From the IMG/VR virus record IMGVR_UViG_3300018414_000006, positions 64,001 through 119,460 of that record: DNA of 55,460 nt, one strand, 5' to 3'. The stretch is from a virus. Lineage: Duplodnaviria; Heunggongvirae; Uroviricota; Caudoviricetes. A model generated the notes under the pieces. The model ran no database searches and was not told where the DNA came from. It saw only the letters and a list, made by a program, of their open reading frames with translations. Of the stretch, positions 18,313 through 27,723 are shown piece by piece; position 1 is the first letter of the stretch; every line of letters starts with the position of its first letter. A program made the translations under genes and the position numbers.

Positions 18313-18335
18313 TTAAGAAAATAACAGGAGTTACA

Positions 18336-21300
18336 ATGCTAATTCAACTTACTGATGCTGGTGCAGCACTGATTGCGGCAAGCACCGAACCAATACAGCT
18401 TACCTCTTTTAAATTGGGAAGTGATTCGGGCTATATACCGCTTCCTTCAGATACTGATATACGTGGCAATCTTATTTACAATGGCGTTCCATCTTCGCCT
18501 TCTGTAGTAAGCGCAAATGTCGTTCGATATAGTATTTATCTGGACTATGATATTGGTCCTATTGAATTTGGTGAAGCTGGATTTTTTGTAAATAATATTT
18601 TATTTGCGCTGGCGGTAAGTTCGGAACCAATTTCAAAAACTTCTGGAGACACTGGCAGTAGCCTTCGTCTGGATGCCTATCTTTCTGTTGTCGGTACGAA
18701 CTATGAAATGTGGCTTGATTATGCAGAATCAAATAATCAATTTCAAATGTCTATTCTTGGTTCTGTTGATCAGTTGCCTTCTCCTCAGAATTCTACACCC
18801 AACGTTTACATAATTAGCGGACGAACTTCCGGTCAGTCTGCATTTCAAGCATACACTGATCGACTTGGCTTGTGGAATTTTGATGCATATCAGTACGCCA
18901 ATCGAGCCACTGCAACAGTTGTTGAATTTGCTTCTTCGTCAGTTACTATCAATCTGTCTGATTATATTGAAGGAATGTCGCCTTCCTACATTGGAGAAGT
19001 TATTCTTCAATTTGTCACAGGTGTTTTATACGGCACATGTCGCTATGTATCTAATGCAGTTATAAGCGGCAACAATGCAACTCTCAGTTTTGAAAATCCA
19101 CTGATGATGTTGCCTATAACAGGTGATCAATTTGTTATTTTCAGCAGACAGATATTATCGACTACTATAGCTAATCTTCCAGTTGCTACTACTTTCACAC
19201 TTGGCGGAATTATCGTAGGTGATACTTTAACAGTGAAAGAAGATGGAACATTAAATGTATCACCAAGTGAATATCCGGTAACTTCAGTTAATGGAAAAAT
19301 TGGTGATGTAATTCTTGAAGCCAGCGACATAGGTGGACTTGCAGAAGTTGCATTGACCAATCAATATTCCAGTCTTTTGGGAACTCCCGCTCCCTACGTT
19401 CTTCCGATAGCAACATCAACAACTTTAGGCGGAGTTAGAAATTCTGGCAGTGGAAAAATAACAATTGCAGGTGATGGTTCACTGGACATTGGATTTACAC
19501 CAGTTCTGTCGGTCAATGATATAACGCCAGATGCTTCGGGCAATGTTAATGTTACTGCTAATGAACAGGAAGTCATCGGGCTTGTAAATCCAGCACAGAT
19601 TGTTAATGGAACTGATTTTAATTCATTACAGACCACAGGTATGTTTTATGGTCTTGATAGTGATGCTTCTTCTTTTTTAAATGTTCCTAACACTTTATAT
19701 GGAGGTATTTTATATGTTTCTCCTTTCGCTGATAGTGCAAATGGCAGTGATGTACTTCAACAGTATTCTCAGCAAAATGGTCAGTTCCTTCGCAGGTTCT
19801 CTGTTTCCACAGACATCTGGACTCCTTGGGTTTCAACATCGGTAGGAAATACTATACCGTTTGCAACAATATCGGCACCGGGTGTTGTTCAGATTGGCGA
19901 AGGATTAAGTATCACTCCATTGGGAATATTATCGGCAAATATTCAAACTGTTAATGGATTAACTGGACCTGATGTTGCATTAAATGCTGAAAATATAGGT
20001 GCTTTGTCAGTAACTCAAGTCGGTACTGGTCCTGATCAGATTGTGATGCTGGACGATCAGGCCAGATTACCAGCAGTGGATGGTAGTCAATTAACTGGTA
20101 TTTCTGGAAATACTGTTTTTCCAAGCAGAGCAGCATTGATTGCTGAAATTGATAAAATTCAGAATTTCCAGGATGGTACTTTAATATTTGCTGGAAATAC
20201 GTTATATACCAAAAATTCAAATAGTACTGCTATTAATGATTTACCTGGACTAGAACCTGCAAATATTGTAACTCCTGATCATTGGGGTATTGTCACAAAT
20301 GTAGATCAGACTTCTCTTATTTCTTCTATGGTTTTATATGCAGCACAAAATGGCCGTGAGCTTGAATGGGGAAATGGCGAGTATCAATTTAGTCAAATTG
20401 CTATAACCAATGTGCCATACCCTGTTTTTAAATGGAGTTCAAAAAGTGAAAAAACTATTTTGCGTTCTACAAAAACAGTAGCCGATTCTGTGGGTTTTGT
20501 TCAAGGATATGGTGTCAATAAAGCAACCGGATACGCTACAGCAGGAGTGACTGCTGGAACTACTGAAATTTCACTTCCTGCCAATGTGGTATCAGCTATT
20601 GATTTAGAAAATGATATTTTAATACTTTCATCCACACGAGTTATTGAAACAGATGATAGAGGAGAATACACGCATGGCATAGTGGTAAAAGTGACACAAA
20701 TAATAAGTCCAGTTTCAGTACAGATTGACACTCCATTTTATGTGAATATGGATGTTGGTACAACCCCCGATATTATTGTAACGGCAGTCAATGCAACCGA
20801 TTATCAATTTACTTGTAATTCACTTATAGGACAGAGTGTTTCCGATGTTCGATATCAATTGGTATTTCAGATTTTAAATGGACAACCAAGCACTTTAGCA
20901 TGTCTGCCTTCTTATTTCGATTCTACTACTGGAACATTTACTTTTGCATATTCTTCGGGATTGGGGCAACCGACTGATTTTCCAACAGGAGTTATGGTCG
21001 GAGATGTATTAACTATTAATAGGCAGATACGCGCAGATGTGTACGCTGCATCCAAGGTCGATATTCAAAATATAACATTCACAAGAGCACCGCAATTAAA
21101 TGCATCTAGCGGTGATGCTGGATTTGTAGGATTGTATTTTCAACATACTGATACGCCAATCATTCAAAATTGCAATTTTGAATGGTTTTCAGAAGCCGCA
21201 GTACAGCTTAGTAATATCTACAATCCACAAGTTCATCAACTTCGAGTAAGGGGTTGCAATAGAGCATACGATACAACAAATGGAACAGGTTATGCAGTAG

Positions 21301-22457
21301 TTCTTCGAGGTTCCAATGGCGGCAATATCTCAAATATTATTGGAAATTCTTGCCGACGTATTGTTGATATTGGAGGTTACATGAGTAGCACGCTCAACAC
21401 AACAAGCTACTCCGTTAAAGTGAATGATATTGTAGGACTTGGTGGAGGAACCACTTTTACAGGAGTTCCCTTTTGGCCCAATGGTATTGATAATCAAACA
21501 GTTGCAGGATCTCATGGAGGTTCTTTTTTCAGTGAATATACAAACATAAAAGGTTACCAAACAACTGGCATCATGGTTATCAGGGGGGATTCTGAAAGAA
21601 TTTCAGGAGTCTTTGGTGTTGGTAAAATGTTGTATATGACATTTATTCAATATGGCGGAATACCTGCCATGGAAAATTTTTATTATACTAATGGACAAGC
21701 AAGTTGGATTTCAAACCTTGAATTAGACAGCTCTTTAACTGCACAAGGTAATCTTCAAGCTGTTATTCATCTGGATATATCAAATACCAAAAATATTGAA
21801 CCTCTATCATTATCGAATTTAACTATTCATGGAGTAGAACAAAGTATTATACAGCTCATCAATTCAGGTACTGTAGGTCCTATTACTCTTGGTGGGATAC
21901 TGGATATTCAAACCACTTATGGAACATTCAGTGAAGCGCCCTCTACTTTTGGGGTCATAGTTCATACAGGAGAAAATTCAGCCAGTTTGAGTGGTCCTAT
22001 AAAGTTTGGCAACCCTACTATTCGTAATCATCCTGCAAATCCTCAAAATTCTATAATTTATTTGAATGTAAATTCAATAACTATACCAGATGGACTTCCG
22101 CTTTATTATCCAGATGGGTCAATAAGGATATATGTTTCAGATAGTTCTGTAATTTCTTTGCCCACAACAGGACAATCAGTGGGTTGGTTAACTTTAAGAA
22201 GCAATAATCCTCCGGGGCGTCCTCAAAAATGCGCAATGATTGCATTGGCATTAGGCGCAGGACAGGATACTGTAACTTTTGGACTATCTACCGGAATGAG
22301 TTTTCTTAGTACTGCGTTGACTGGAACAACAGGTCCTACGGAACAGATTAATGCTTCTTATGGAAAATGGGGAATTAATGAATTTCCGGTACTTCAAATA
22401 GAAAACAGGACAGGCGAAAGAAGATTTTTAGTGATTAATTTCACAGAATGTTTTTAA
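18336..22457 (+). CDS. Long tail fibre / receptor-binding protein with C-terminal beta-helical (depolymerase-like) domain
   Basis: SD AGGAG before ATG 18336. N-terminal tail-collar type anchor (LTDAGAALIA...TSFKLG), fibre repeats (VTSVNG, PIATxxTLGG), knob motif NGTDFNSLQTTGMFY, pectate-lyase-like C-terminal region. Confidence 0.8.
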   Translation: MLIQLTDAGAALIAASTEPIQLTSFKLGSDSGYIPLPSDTDIRGNLIYNGVPSSPSVVSANVVRYSIYLDYDIGPIEFGEAGFFVNNILFALAVSSEPISKTSGDTGSSLRLDAYLSVVGTNYEMWLDYAESNNQFQMSILGSVDQLPSPQNSTPNVYIISGRTSGQSAFQAYTDRLGLWNFDAYQYANRATATVVEFASSSVTINLSDYIEGMSPSYIGEVILQFVTGVLYGTCRYVSNAVISGNNATLSFENPLMMLPITGDQFVIFSRQILSTTIANLPVATTFTLGGIIVGDTLTVKEDGTLNVSPSEYPVTSVNGKIGDVILEASDIGGLAEVALTNQYSSLLGTPAPYVLPIATSTTLGGVRNSGSGKITIAGDGSLDIGFTPVLSVNDITPDASGNVNVTANEQEVIGLVNPAQIVNGTDFNSLQTTGMFYGLDSDASSFLNVPNTLYGGILYVSPFADSANGSDVLQQYSQQNGQFLRRFSVSTDIWTPWVSTSVGNTIPFATISAPGVVQIGEGLSITPLGILSANIQTVNGLTGPDVALNAENIGALSVTQVGTGPDQIVMLDDQARLPAVDGSQLTGISGNTVFPSRAALIAEIDKIQNFQDGTLIFAGNTLYTKNSNSTAINDLPGLEPANIVTPDHWGIVTNVDQTSLISSMVLYAAQNGRELEWGNGEYQFSQIAITNVPYPVFKWSSKSEKTILRSTKTVADSVGFVQGYGVNKATGYATAGVTAGTTEISLPANVVSAIDLENDILILSSTRVIETDDRGEYTHGIVVKVTQIISPVSVQIDTPFYVNMDVGTTPDIIVTAVNATDYQFTCNSLIGQSVSDVRYQLVFQILNGQPSTLACLPSYFDSTTGTFTFAYSSGLGQPTDFPTGVMVGDVLTINRQIRADVYAASKVDIQNITFTRAPQLNASSGDAGFVGLYFQHTDTPIIQNCNFEWFSEAAVQLSNIYNPQVHQLRVRGCNRAYDTTNGTGYAVVLRGSNGGNISNIIGNSCRRIVDIGGYMSSTLNTTSYSVKVNDIVGLGGGTTFTGVPFWPNGIDNQTVAGSHGGSFFSEYTNIKGYQTTGIMVIRGDSERISGVFGVGKMLYMTFIQYGGIPAMENFYYTNGQASWISNLELDSSLTAQGNLQAVIHLDISNTKNIEPLSLSNLTIHGVEQSIIQLINSGTVGPITLGGILDIQTTYGTFSEAPSTFGVIVHTGENSASLSGPIKFGNPTIRNHPANPQNSIIYLNVNSITIPDGLPLYYPDGSIRIYVSDSSVISLPTTGQSVGWLTLRSNNPPGRPQKCAMIALALGAGQDTVTFGLSTGMSFLSTALTGTTGPTEQINASYGKWGINEFPVLQIENRTGERRFLVINFTECF

Positions 22458-22480
22458 CAAAATTGAGCTTTTGCACAACA

Positions 22481-22492
22481 TGTAATTTTATT
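22481..22492 (+). promoter_or_regulatory. Late-promoter motif TGTAATTTTATT
   Basis: At the start of the 300-nt intergenic region before gene 22760. Confidence 0.5.
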
Positions 22493-22537
22493 GCAGCAAG
22501 TTTAAAGCAATAATCAAATATCTTTTCTGAACAACCT

Positions 22538-22735
22538 TCAAGACCTTCTCGTTGTCTATAAAACGAGCTTGAGAATTAATTCTCTACTAGCAGTATTGAT
22601 TAGCAGTGCCCAAACAGAATTCTTAGATGTATTGATAATCGATAAGATTTTTGTTTCCCGTAACAGGGAAATAAAAAATGGTGAGAGCATTCTCTCACCC
22701 TGCTGTAGCGAAGGTTCCTATAGGAACAATTTTTT
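22538..22735 (+). ncRNA. Candidate structured leader or small RNA (tandem hairpins)
   Basis: Inverted repeats at 22538-22573, 22571-22584, 22621-22647, 22654-22671, 22680-22699 and 22714-22727; the last is followed by T6. Confidence 0.45.
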
Positions 22736-22759
22736 AATTTTCATGAAAAGGGTAATATC

Positions 22760-23647
22760 ATGGCTGAAGTAATGGACACCGTTGAAGATAAAGTTGGTGT
22801 AACTAATATCTTTCGTCCGGCAGATGGTCATCATGGTCTTGGAGGTCTTATGAATAATTGTTTTGGTAATAATGGTGCAGCTTGGGGCGTTGGCGGTCTG
22901 GTACTCGGCGCACTGATTGGCAATAATGGCGGTGGCCTGTTCGGTAACAATCGTGATGGCGCTACTACGGCATTGGCAGGTGTTGACGTTCTTCAAAATG
23001 AAATTCGTCAAACGGCTATTCAGGAAAAGTTGGGTTCTATTCAAACCGGTACTGCTGTTAGTGCAGCCGAAATTGAAAATGTTGTTACGACGCAAGCTAA
23101 CAATACCAACATGAACATCCTGACGCAAGCCCTGGCTTCGCAACAGTCGATGGGTCATTTAGCAATGGGTGTGGCTAATGCTGCTTCGTCGATCAAAGAT
23201 ACAGTAGTGTGTTCCAGTGCTGCTAATCTGGCTGCGACGAATAACGTCGGAATGAACGTGGAGCGTGCTCAATATGCCATCACGCAAGCTGTTAACAACG
23301 ATGGTGAAAAAACTCGTGCCCTGATCGTTCGTCAGTATGAGGACACGCTGAATCGTCAATTGGCTGATGCGAAGAATGAAATCATCGAACTTCGTCATGA
23401 AAGCCAACGTACCTCAGATCGTGACGGTATTCGTATCGAAATGATCAACAACCAGAGCCAGAATCAATTGCAATTCCAGCAACAGGCTCAACTGCAACAA
23501 CAACTTCTGGGCAGCCTGGGCGTTCTGTGCAACCAGATTAATAACGTTGAACAGGTTGCACGTGCTACCAACAGCAATATTATCGTTGGCAGTGCAGGTG
23601 CTCGCACCGGTACCCAAAACGCTAACCCGACTAACGTCAACGGTTAA
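22760..23647 (+). CDS. Uncharacterised Gly/Asn/Gln-rich protein with glycine zipper and coiled coil
   Basis: GLVLGALIG zipper, DGEKTRALI coiled-coil motif, Q-rich tail. Highly-expressed-type codons (AAC, ATC, CGT, GGT, CTG). Confidence 0.8.
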   Translation: MAEVMDTVEDKVGVTNIFRPADGHHGLGGLMNNCFGNNGAAWGVGGLVLGALIGNNGGGLFGNNRDGATTALAGVDVLQNEIRQTAIQEKLGSIQTGTAVSAAEIENVVTTQANNTNMNILTQALASQQSMGHLAMGVANAASSIKDTVVCSSAANLAATNNVGMNVERAQYAITQAVNNDGEKTRALIVRQYEDTLNRQLADAKNEIIELRHESQRTSDRDGIRIEMINNQSQNQLQFQQQAQLQQQLLGSLGVLCNQINNVEQVARATNSNIIVGSAGARTGTQNANPTNVNG

Positions 23648-23652
23648 AAACC

Positions 23653-24132
23653 ATGCAAGATCCCGCCCAATTAAAAATGATGTTGGATAATATCCAATCC
23701 CAGCTTGCTTCTGTTTCTATGCTGGCAGGGCAGGCGGCACAACCATCCTTCCCTGTAGCTCCACAAGTGCTACCTTCATTGCAGCCCAACGATGTAAAAG
23801 AGTTGGTTAATCAGATTATGGATGCTAGAGATGCAAAGGTCGCAGCAGAAGCGTTAAGAGCGCAGCAAAATGCTGGTGCTGTACCACCTGTACAAACTGC
23901 GGTTACTTCTCCTTCTGCACAAGTGCCACAAAAGCCCTTGATACCAAGTGGATCTCCCATAGAAGCTGTATTGGCAATGATTGGTCCAGCATTCACAGAG
24001 CAACAACAGGTATGGCTTTCTAAACCTCAAAACCTGATGGGTCTTCCGGGATTCCTCATGTCAAAGGATGGTAAAGCTCTACTCGTGATGGCGTTGGAAA
24101 CTTATCAGCAATTTTTAGGCGGCGGGGACTAG
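23653..24132 (+). CDS. Uncharacterised Q/P/A-rich protein
   Basis: 159-aa ORF 5 nt after the previous stop. Confidence 0.7.
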   Translation: MQDPAQLKMMLDNIQSQLASVSMLAGQAAQPSFPVAPQVLPSLQPNDVKELVNQIMDARDAKVAAEALRAQQNAGAVPPVQTAVTSPSAQVPQKPLIPSGSPIEAVLAMIGPAFTEQQQVWLSKPQNLMGLPGFLMSKDGKALLVMALETYQQFLGGGD

Positions 24133-24218
24133 TCATAATCGTATAGATTTTTATACGATGGGTGGGGAAATATTTCCCCACCTTCAAGACAAGTTCCGTC
24201 ACTAAACTGGTGGTCGAA

Positions 24219-24614
24219 ATGAATTCATATCCAATCAGGTTATTGATTGGCATGATGTCCCCGAGATATCTTTTGATTGATTCTGAAATATGGTCAGATG
24301 CTGCTATTATAGTTCTGCCCGATAAAGGCATGTTCATGAAAGATGCTGAAGATCAATGGAAAATGATTTTGCAGGAAGAGCATTTATCATTACTCGATTC
24401 ACGTAACGAGTTATGGATTGTGGAACCTGATGAAGGTTCTTACATTCTTCCTACTGGACCGTTAACTGTTAATCATGTTTTCAAAGATGCAGAACCAGTG
24501 TCAATATCCGGTGTAGGTATGTTTGGAATTGAACTTGAATTCACTGCATCTTCAAAAGATACATATGCTGTTATTGCGGAAAGAGTATCTGCCATGGATG
24601 CAGGATCATTCTAA
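24219..24614 (+). CDS. Hypothetical protein
   Basis: Likely ATG 24219 after GGTGGT; the ORF track extends it to GTG 24162. Confidence 0.55.
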   Translation: MNSYPIRLLIGMMSPRYLLIDSEIWSDAAIIVLPDKGMFMKDAEDQWKMILQEEHLSLLDSRNELWIVEPDEGSYILPTGPLTVNHVFKDAEPVSISGVGMFGIELEFTASSKDTYAVIAERVSAMDAGSF

Positions 24615-24626
24615 AAAGGGAAAGTT

Positions 24627-25214
24627 ATGAACACTTCTGTTAAAAGATTTTCTCCAGTGCAACACCTTCGAAGTAAAACTCCTGGAGCGATTCCAAAACC
24701 AGAAGATCTGTCAGAAGGGCAGATCGCAATTAACACTGCGGACAAGAAACTGTTTTTTCTTGCACAGGATAATACAGTAGCAGTAATTGAAGCAATTTCA
24801 GAAAAGAAAGCAGAACCATCTCTTAGCTATAAAGGAGTGTTCGATGCTTCTACCGGTACATTACCTGCAAGTTCGAGCAAAGGTTCATTGTATGTAACTA
24901 ATGTACCTGGTCGCATTTTCGTTAGCGGAAAGCAGATTATCTTAAAAAATGGTGACTGGTTAATTGGCAATGGTGCCACATTCGATGTAGTGCCCTTTGA
25001 AGCAAAGCCTGATAGTAATCTTGGGCCTAACAAAATTTTATTCACTGATGCGCAAGGAAAAATTACAGGAATAGATAAGATTCCTGAAAATAATCTTCCT
25101 GTAGCTTCGGATCAGAAGGCAGGAATAGTAAAAATTGGTGAAGGTCTTTCAAGTAACAGTGGAACTATTACTGTTGATCTTTCACAAATATCTTCGGATG
25201 CAGGCGAGTATTAA
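24627..25214 (+). CDS. Short fibre-related protein (Mtd/hyaluronidase N-terminal-like module)
   Basis: LRSKTPGAIPKPEDLSEGQIAINTADKKLFF, GDWLIGNG and LPVASDQKAGIVKIGEGL motifs. Confidence 0.6.
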   Translation: MNTSVKRFSPVQHLRSKTPGAIPKPEDLSEGQIAINTADKKLFFLAQDNTVAVIEAISEKKAEPSLSYKGVFDASTGTLPASSSKGSLYVTNVPGRIFVSGKQIILKNGDWLIGNGATFDVVPFEAKPDSNLGPNKILFTDAQGKITGIDKIPENNLPVASDQKAGIVKIGEGLSSNSGTITVDLSQISSDAGEY

Positions 25215-25252
25215 ATAAAAGGAGTTTCCTGTTTTTAGGAAACTCCTTTTAT
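25215..25252. terminator. Bidirectional intrinsic terminator
   Basis: Perfect inverted repeat ATAAAAGGAGTTTCCT/AGGAAACTCCTTTTAT between convergent genes. Confidence 0.92.
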
Positions 25253-25254
25253 TT

Positions 25255-26148
25255 TTAAAACAGACTTTTTGCTTTTGGCCATACAAAATTATGAAATTCA
25301 TAATAGCTTTTTTCAAGCTTTGAATTATTCGTTTTTATTTTGGGCAATTTCCATTCTGCAATTTCCTGGGGCGGCGAACAGGTAGTTGTCAATGTCACAA
25401 GTTTTCTATTTCTAATTAAAATATCCTGATTTCTTGTGATGAGATTTTTTCCTTCAGATGTTCGTTTGGCCCATTCAAGCACAGATCCGAATTCTGCCAG
25501 AATCTTTTTTACTTTCAAAGGTTTCATTTCAGAAATTCCGGGAATATTATCCTGTTTGTCCCCCAAAAGAATCTGATAATCTACCATCTGTTCTGGCAAA
25601 ACTCCCTTTTTCTTAAAAACATCTTCAGCCCTTATGTATTCGGGACGAGATTTTCCATCTTTGCCTTTACGTGCAGAATTGTATAGACAAACATTGTGTG
25701 TCAGGTATTGATAGCTATCTTTGTCTCCTGTGCCAATCACAACATTGTATTTCTTTTGATATTTATAAGCGATAGAACACAGAACATCATCTGCTTCATA
25801 GTTTCGCGGTTGATAGTAGCATACCCCAACAGAAGATAGAAGGTTGTACACATTTGGCAAACATGCATACATAAGATCCTTCTGTTCAAATGATTTTGAT
25901 TTATTGTTTTGTTCAGTATCACTAGTTTTACGCCGGTTTGCTTTATAGTCCTTATAAATTCTATAACGAAAAACACTTGGCCCGTCAAATGCTATCATGA
26001 TATAGGGTGACCTGACTCTTAAAGCATCACGAAAAATCATAGATAGAAAATGATAGGGCAATATTTCTTCTACAGGTTGATAACTTCTTAGTGTTGACAT
26101 TGCTCGGTACAGATACCAGTTTCCATCAATAGCAAATAATTTTTCCAT
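25255..26148 (-). CDS. 5'-3' exonuclease / flap endonuclease (Pol I N-terminal, T4 RNase H-like)
   Basis: IDGN, FDG...YKANR, YEADD, TGDKD and GDKQDNIPGI motifs. Confidence 0.92.
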   Translation of the reverse strand: MEKLFAIDGNWYLYRAMSTLRSYQPVEEILPYHFLSMIFRDALRVRSPYIMIAFDGPSVFRYRIYKDYKANRRKTSDTEQNNKSKSFEQKDLMYACLPNVYNLLSSVGVCYYQPRNYEADDVLCSIAYKYQKKYNVVIGTGDKDSYQYLTHNVCLYNSARKGKDGKSRPEYIRAEDVFKKKGVLPEQMVDYQILLGDKQDNIPGISEMKPLKVKKILAEFGSVLEWAKRTSEGKNLITRNQDILIRNRKLVTLTTTCSPPQEIAEWKLPKIKTNNSKLEKSYYEFHNFVWPKAKSLF

Positions 26149-26200
26149 AACAGTTTCCGTTTTAACTTTGTTATTTACTGTTCAATGTCGATTGTGTAAC

Positions 26201-26212
26201 TACAATTTTATA
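26201..26212 (+). promoter_or_regulatory. Late-promoter motif TACAATTTTATA flanked by AACTAC/GTAGTT inverted repeat
   Basis: Intergenic, 47 nt before the holin ATG. Confidence 0.55.
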
Positions 26213-26259
26213 TAGTAGTTCAATTATCAAGTTCAGGGGTATAAAATAGGGAGAAATTA

Positions 26260-26577
26260 ATGATAGAAAAAGATCCATTCGGCCATCCGTTGTTAACTTA
26301 CGTGTGGGTTATTGTACTAGCGGGGGTTGGTGGTACTGTTAAATACCTTAACTCAAGCGATCTTAAAGTCATGGTACTTATACGTGACGTAATAACAGCA
26401 GGATTTGTTGGCCTGCTCACTTTCTGGCTTTGTGAATGGACCAATATTGAAGGTCCACTTGCAGCCGTTTTAATTGCCACTTCAGGCTTTATGGGAACTC
26501 GTTTGCTCAAAGAACTGGAATCTTTCTATTATTCCAGATTTGGTATCAAGCCAAAAGCAGACGACTCGGAAAGCTAA
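26260..26577 (+). CDS. Holin (LydA-like)
   Basis: 105 aa, three hydrophobic segments, GFMG motif, charged C-terminus, first gene of the lysis cassette. Confidence 0.75.
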   Translation: MIEKDPFGHPLLTYVWVIVLAGVGGTVKYLNSSDLKVMVLIRDVITAGFVGLLTFWLCEWTNIEGPLAAVLIATSGFMGTRLLKELESFYYSRFGIKPKADDSES

Positions 26578-26592
26578 TTAAGGAGAATCAAC

Positions 26593-27054
26593 GTGATGTT
26601 AACTATGACCCGTCATCCCAGATTTAAAAGAATTGTGCATATATTTGACGGTTTATTTTCGCTGGGTTCCATTATGGTTGTGGGATTTTTACTTGTATTA
26701 GGCATGGTATGGTGTATTCAACCAGCACCAAGTGAAATGGTACAAGCGCACGGAACAACTTTAATAGCAAAGCCCGGTGACATTCTTGATGTAGCGTCAG
26801 GGTTAGGAATGAAAATAAATTCCAATGTTGCATTGTACAAATTCTGGATAATCAACAGCGAAGGTAAAGTGGTGTATCTTTATTCCACAAAGATATCGGG
26901 CAAAGGAGACAACTTCATGTTAAACCACGAAATAAAATTACCAGATGATCTTCCAAAAGGGAATTACGTAGCCAAGGCAGAATTGACCTATCCTTTTAAT
27001 CCATTCAAGGACGGCAAAATTGAATTTCAACTTGCTACGATTTCTATCATATGA
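26593..27054 (+). CDS. Membrane-anchored hypothetical protein in lysis cassette
   Basis: Single TM segment (aa ~22-42) followed by a beta-rich domain. Confidence 0.6.
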   Translation: MMLTMTRHPRFKRIVHIFDGLFSLGSIMVVGFLLVLGMVWCIQPAPSEMVQAHGTTLIAKPGDILDVASGLGMKINSNVALYKFWIINSEGKVVYLYSTKISGKGDNFMLNHEIKLPDDLPKGNYVAKAELTYPFNPFKDGKIEFQLATISII

Positions 27055-27069
27055 CAAAGGAATATAGCT

Positions 27070-27723
27070 ATGCCATTTACAGTCACAATAAGTCAATTAA
27101 AAAACTTCGCACCAACTGTTCCGAATCTGGATAAAGTTACAGATGCACTGAATGATACTATGACTCGGTACAAAATTACCGACAGCCCTAGGCGAGTTCG
27201 ATACTTTGTAGCACAATCTTTTTTTGAATCTGGTGGATACCTGCATTGGTCAGAAAATCTGAATTACACGACCCCCGATCGATTGGTAGCAGTTTGGCCT
27301 TCCAGATTTACACTCAATAAAACACCCGCCTCACCTTTTGCATGTGCCTCAAATTATACCTGCAACCCAGAGTCGCTAGCCAATCTTGTATATGCAAATC
27401 GTGGGGGCAATGGCGATGTTAACTCTGGGGATGGTTACAAATACAGAGGAAGAGGCGCGTTTGGATTAACTTTTAAAAACAACTACAATGCGTACTCTAC
27501 CAAAGTATATGGTAATAGTTCACGTATGTTAAATCCGGATCTGGTTGCTGAATTGCCTGATGCATTCATGTCGGCGGGCTGGTTCTGGGACAACAATAAT
27601 CTTTCCGCACTAGCTGATCAAGATGCTTTTACTAACGTTACCAAGATTATCAATGGGTCTACTTCAAGTGTAAATGATCGATTGTTAGTTTTAAAGAAAG
27701 TAAATTCCATCTTTCAATGGTAG
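27070..27723 (+). CDS. Endolysin, glycoside hydrolase family 19
   Basis: FVAQSFFESGG, ENLNY, YRGRGAFGLTFKNNY, AGWFW and TKIING motifs. Confidence 0.9.
   Translation: MPFTVTISQLKNFAPTVPNLDKVTDALNDTMTRYKITDSPRRVRYFVAQSFFESGGYLHWSENLNYTTPDRLVAVWPSRFTLNKTPASPFACASNYTCNPESLANLVYANRGGNGDVNSGDGYKYRGRGAFGLTFKNNYNAYSTKVYGNSSRMLNPDLVAELPDAFMSAGWFWDNNNLSALADQDAFTNVTKIINGSTSSVNDRLLVLKKVNSIFQW

Noticed and set aside
18222-18335. ORF-track N-terminal extensions (18222, also 17448, 24162, 28062, 32715, 46503, 50991)
   Set aside because: They overlap neighbouring genes or promoter motifs. In most cases a downstream ATG has a clear SD, a coupled start or better motif spacing.
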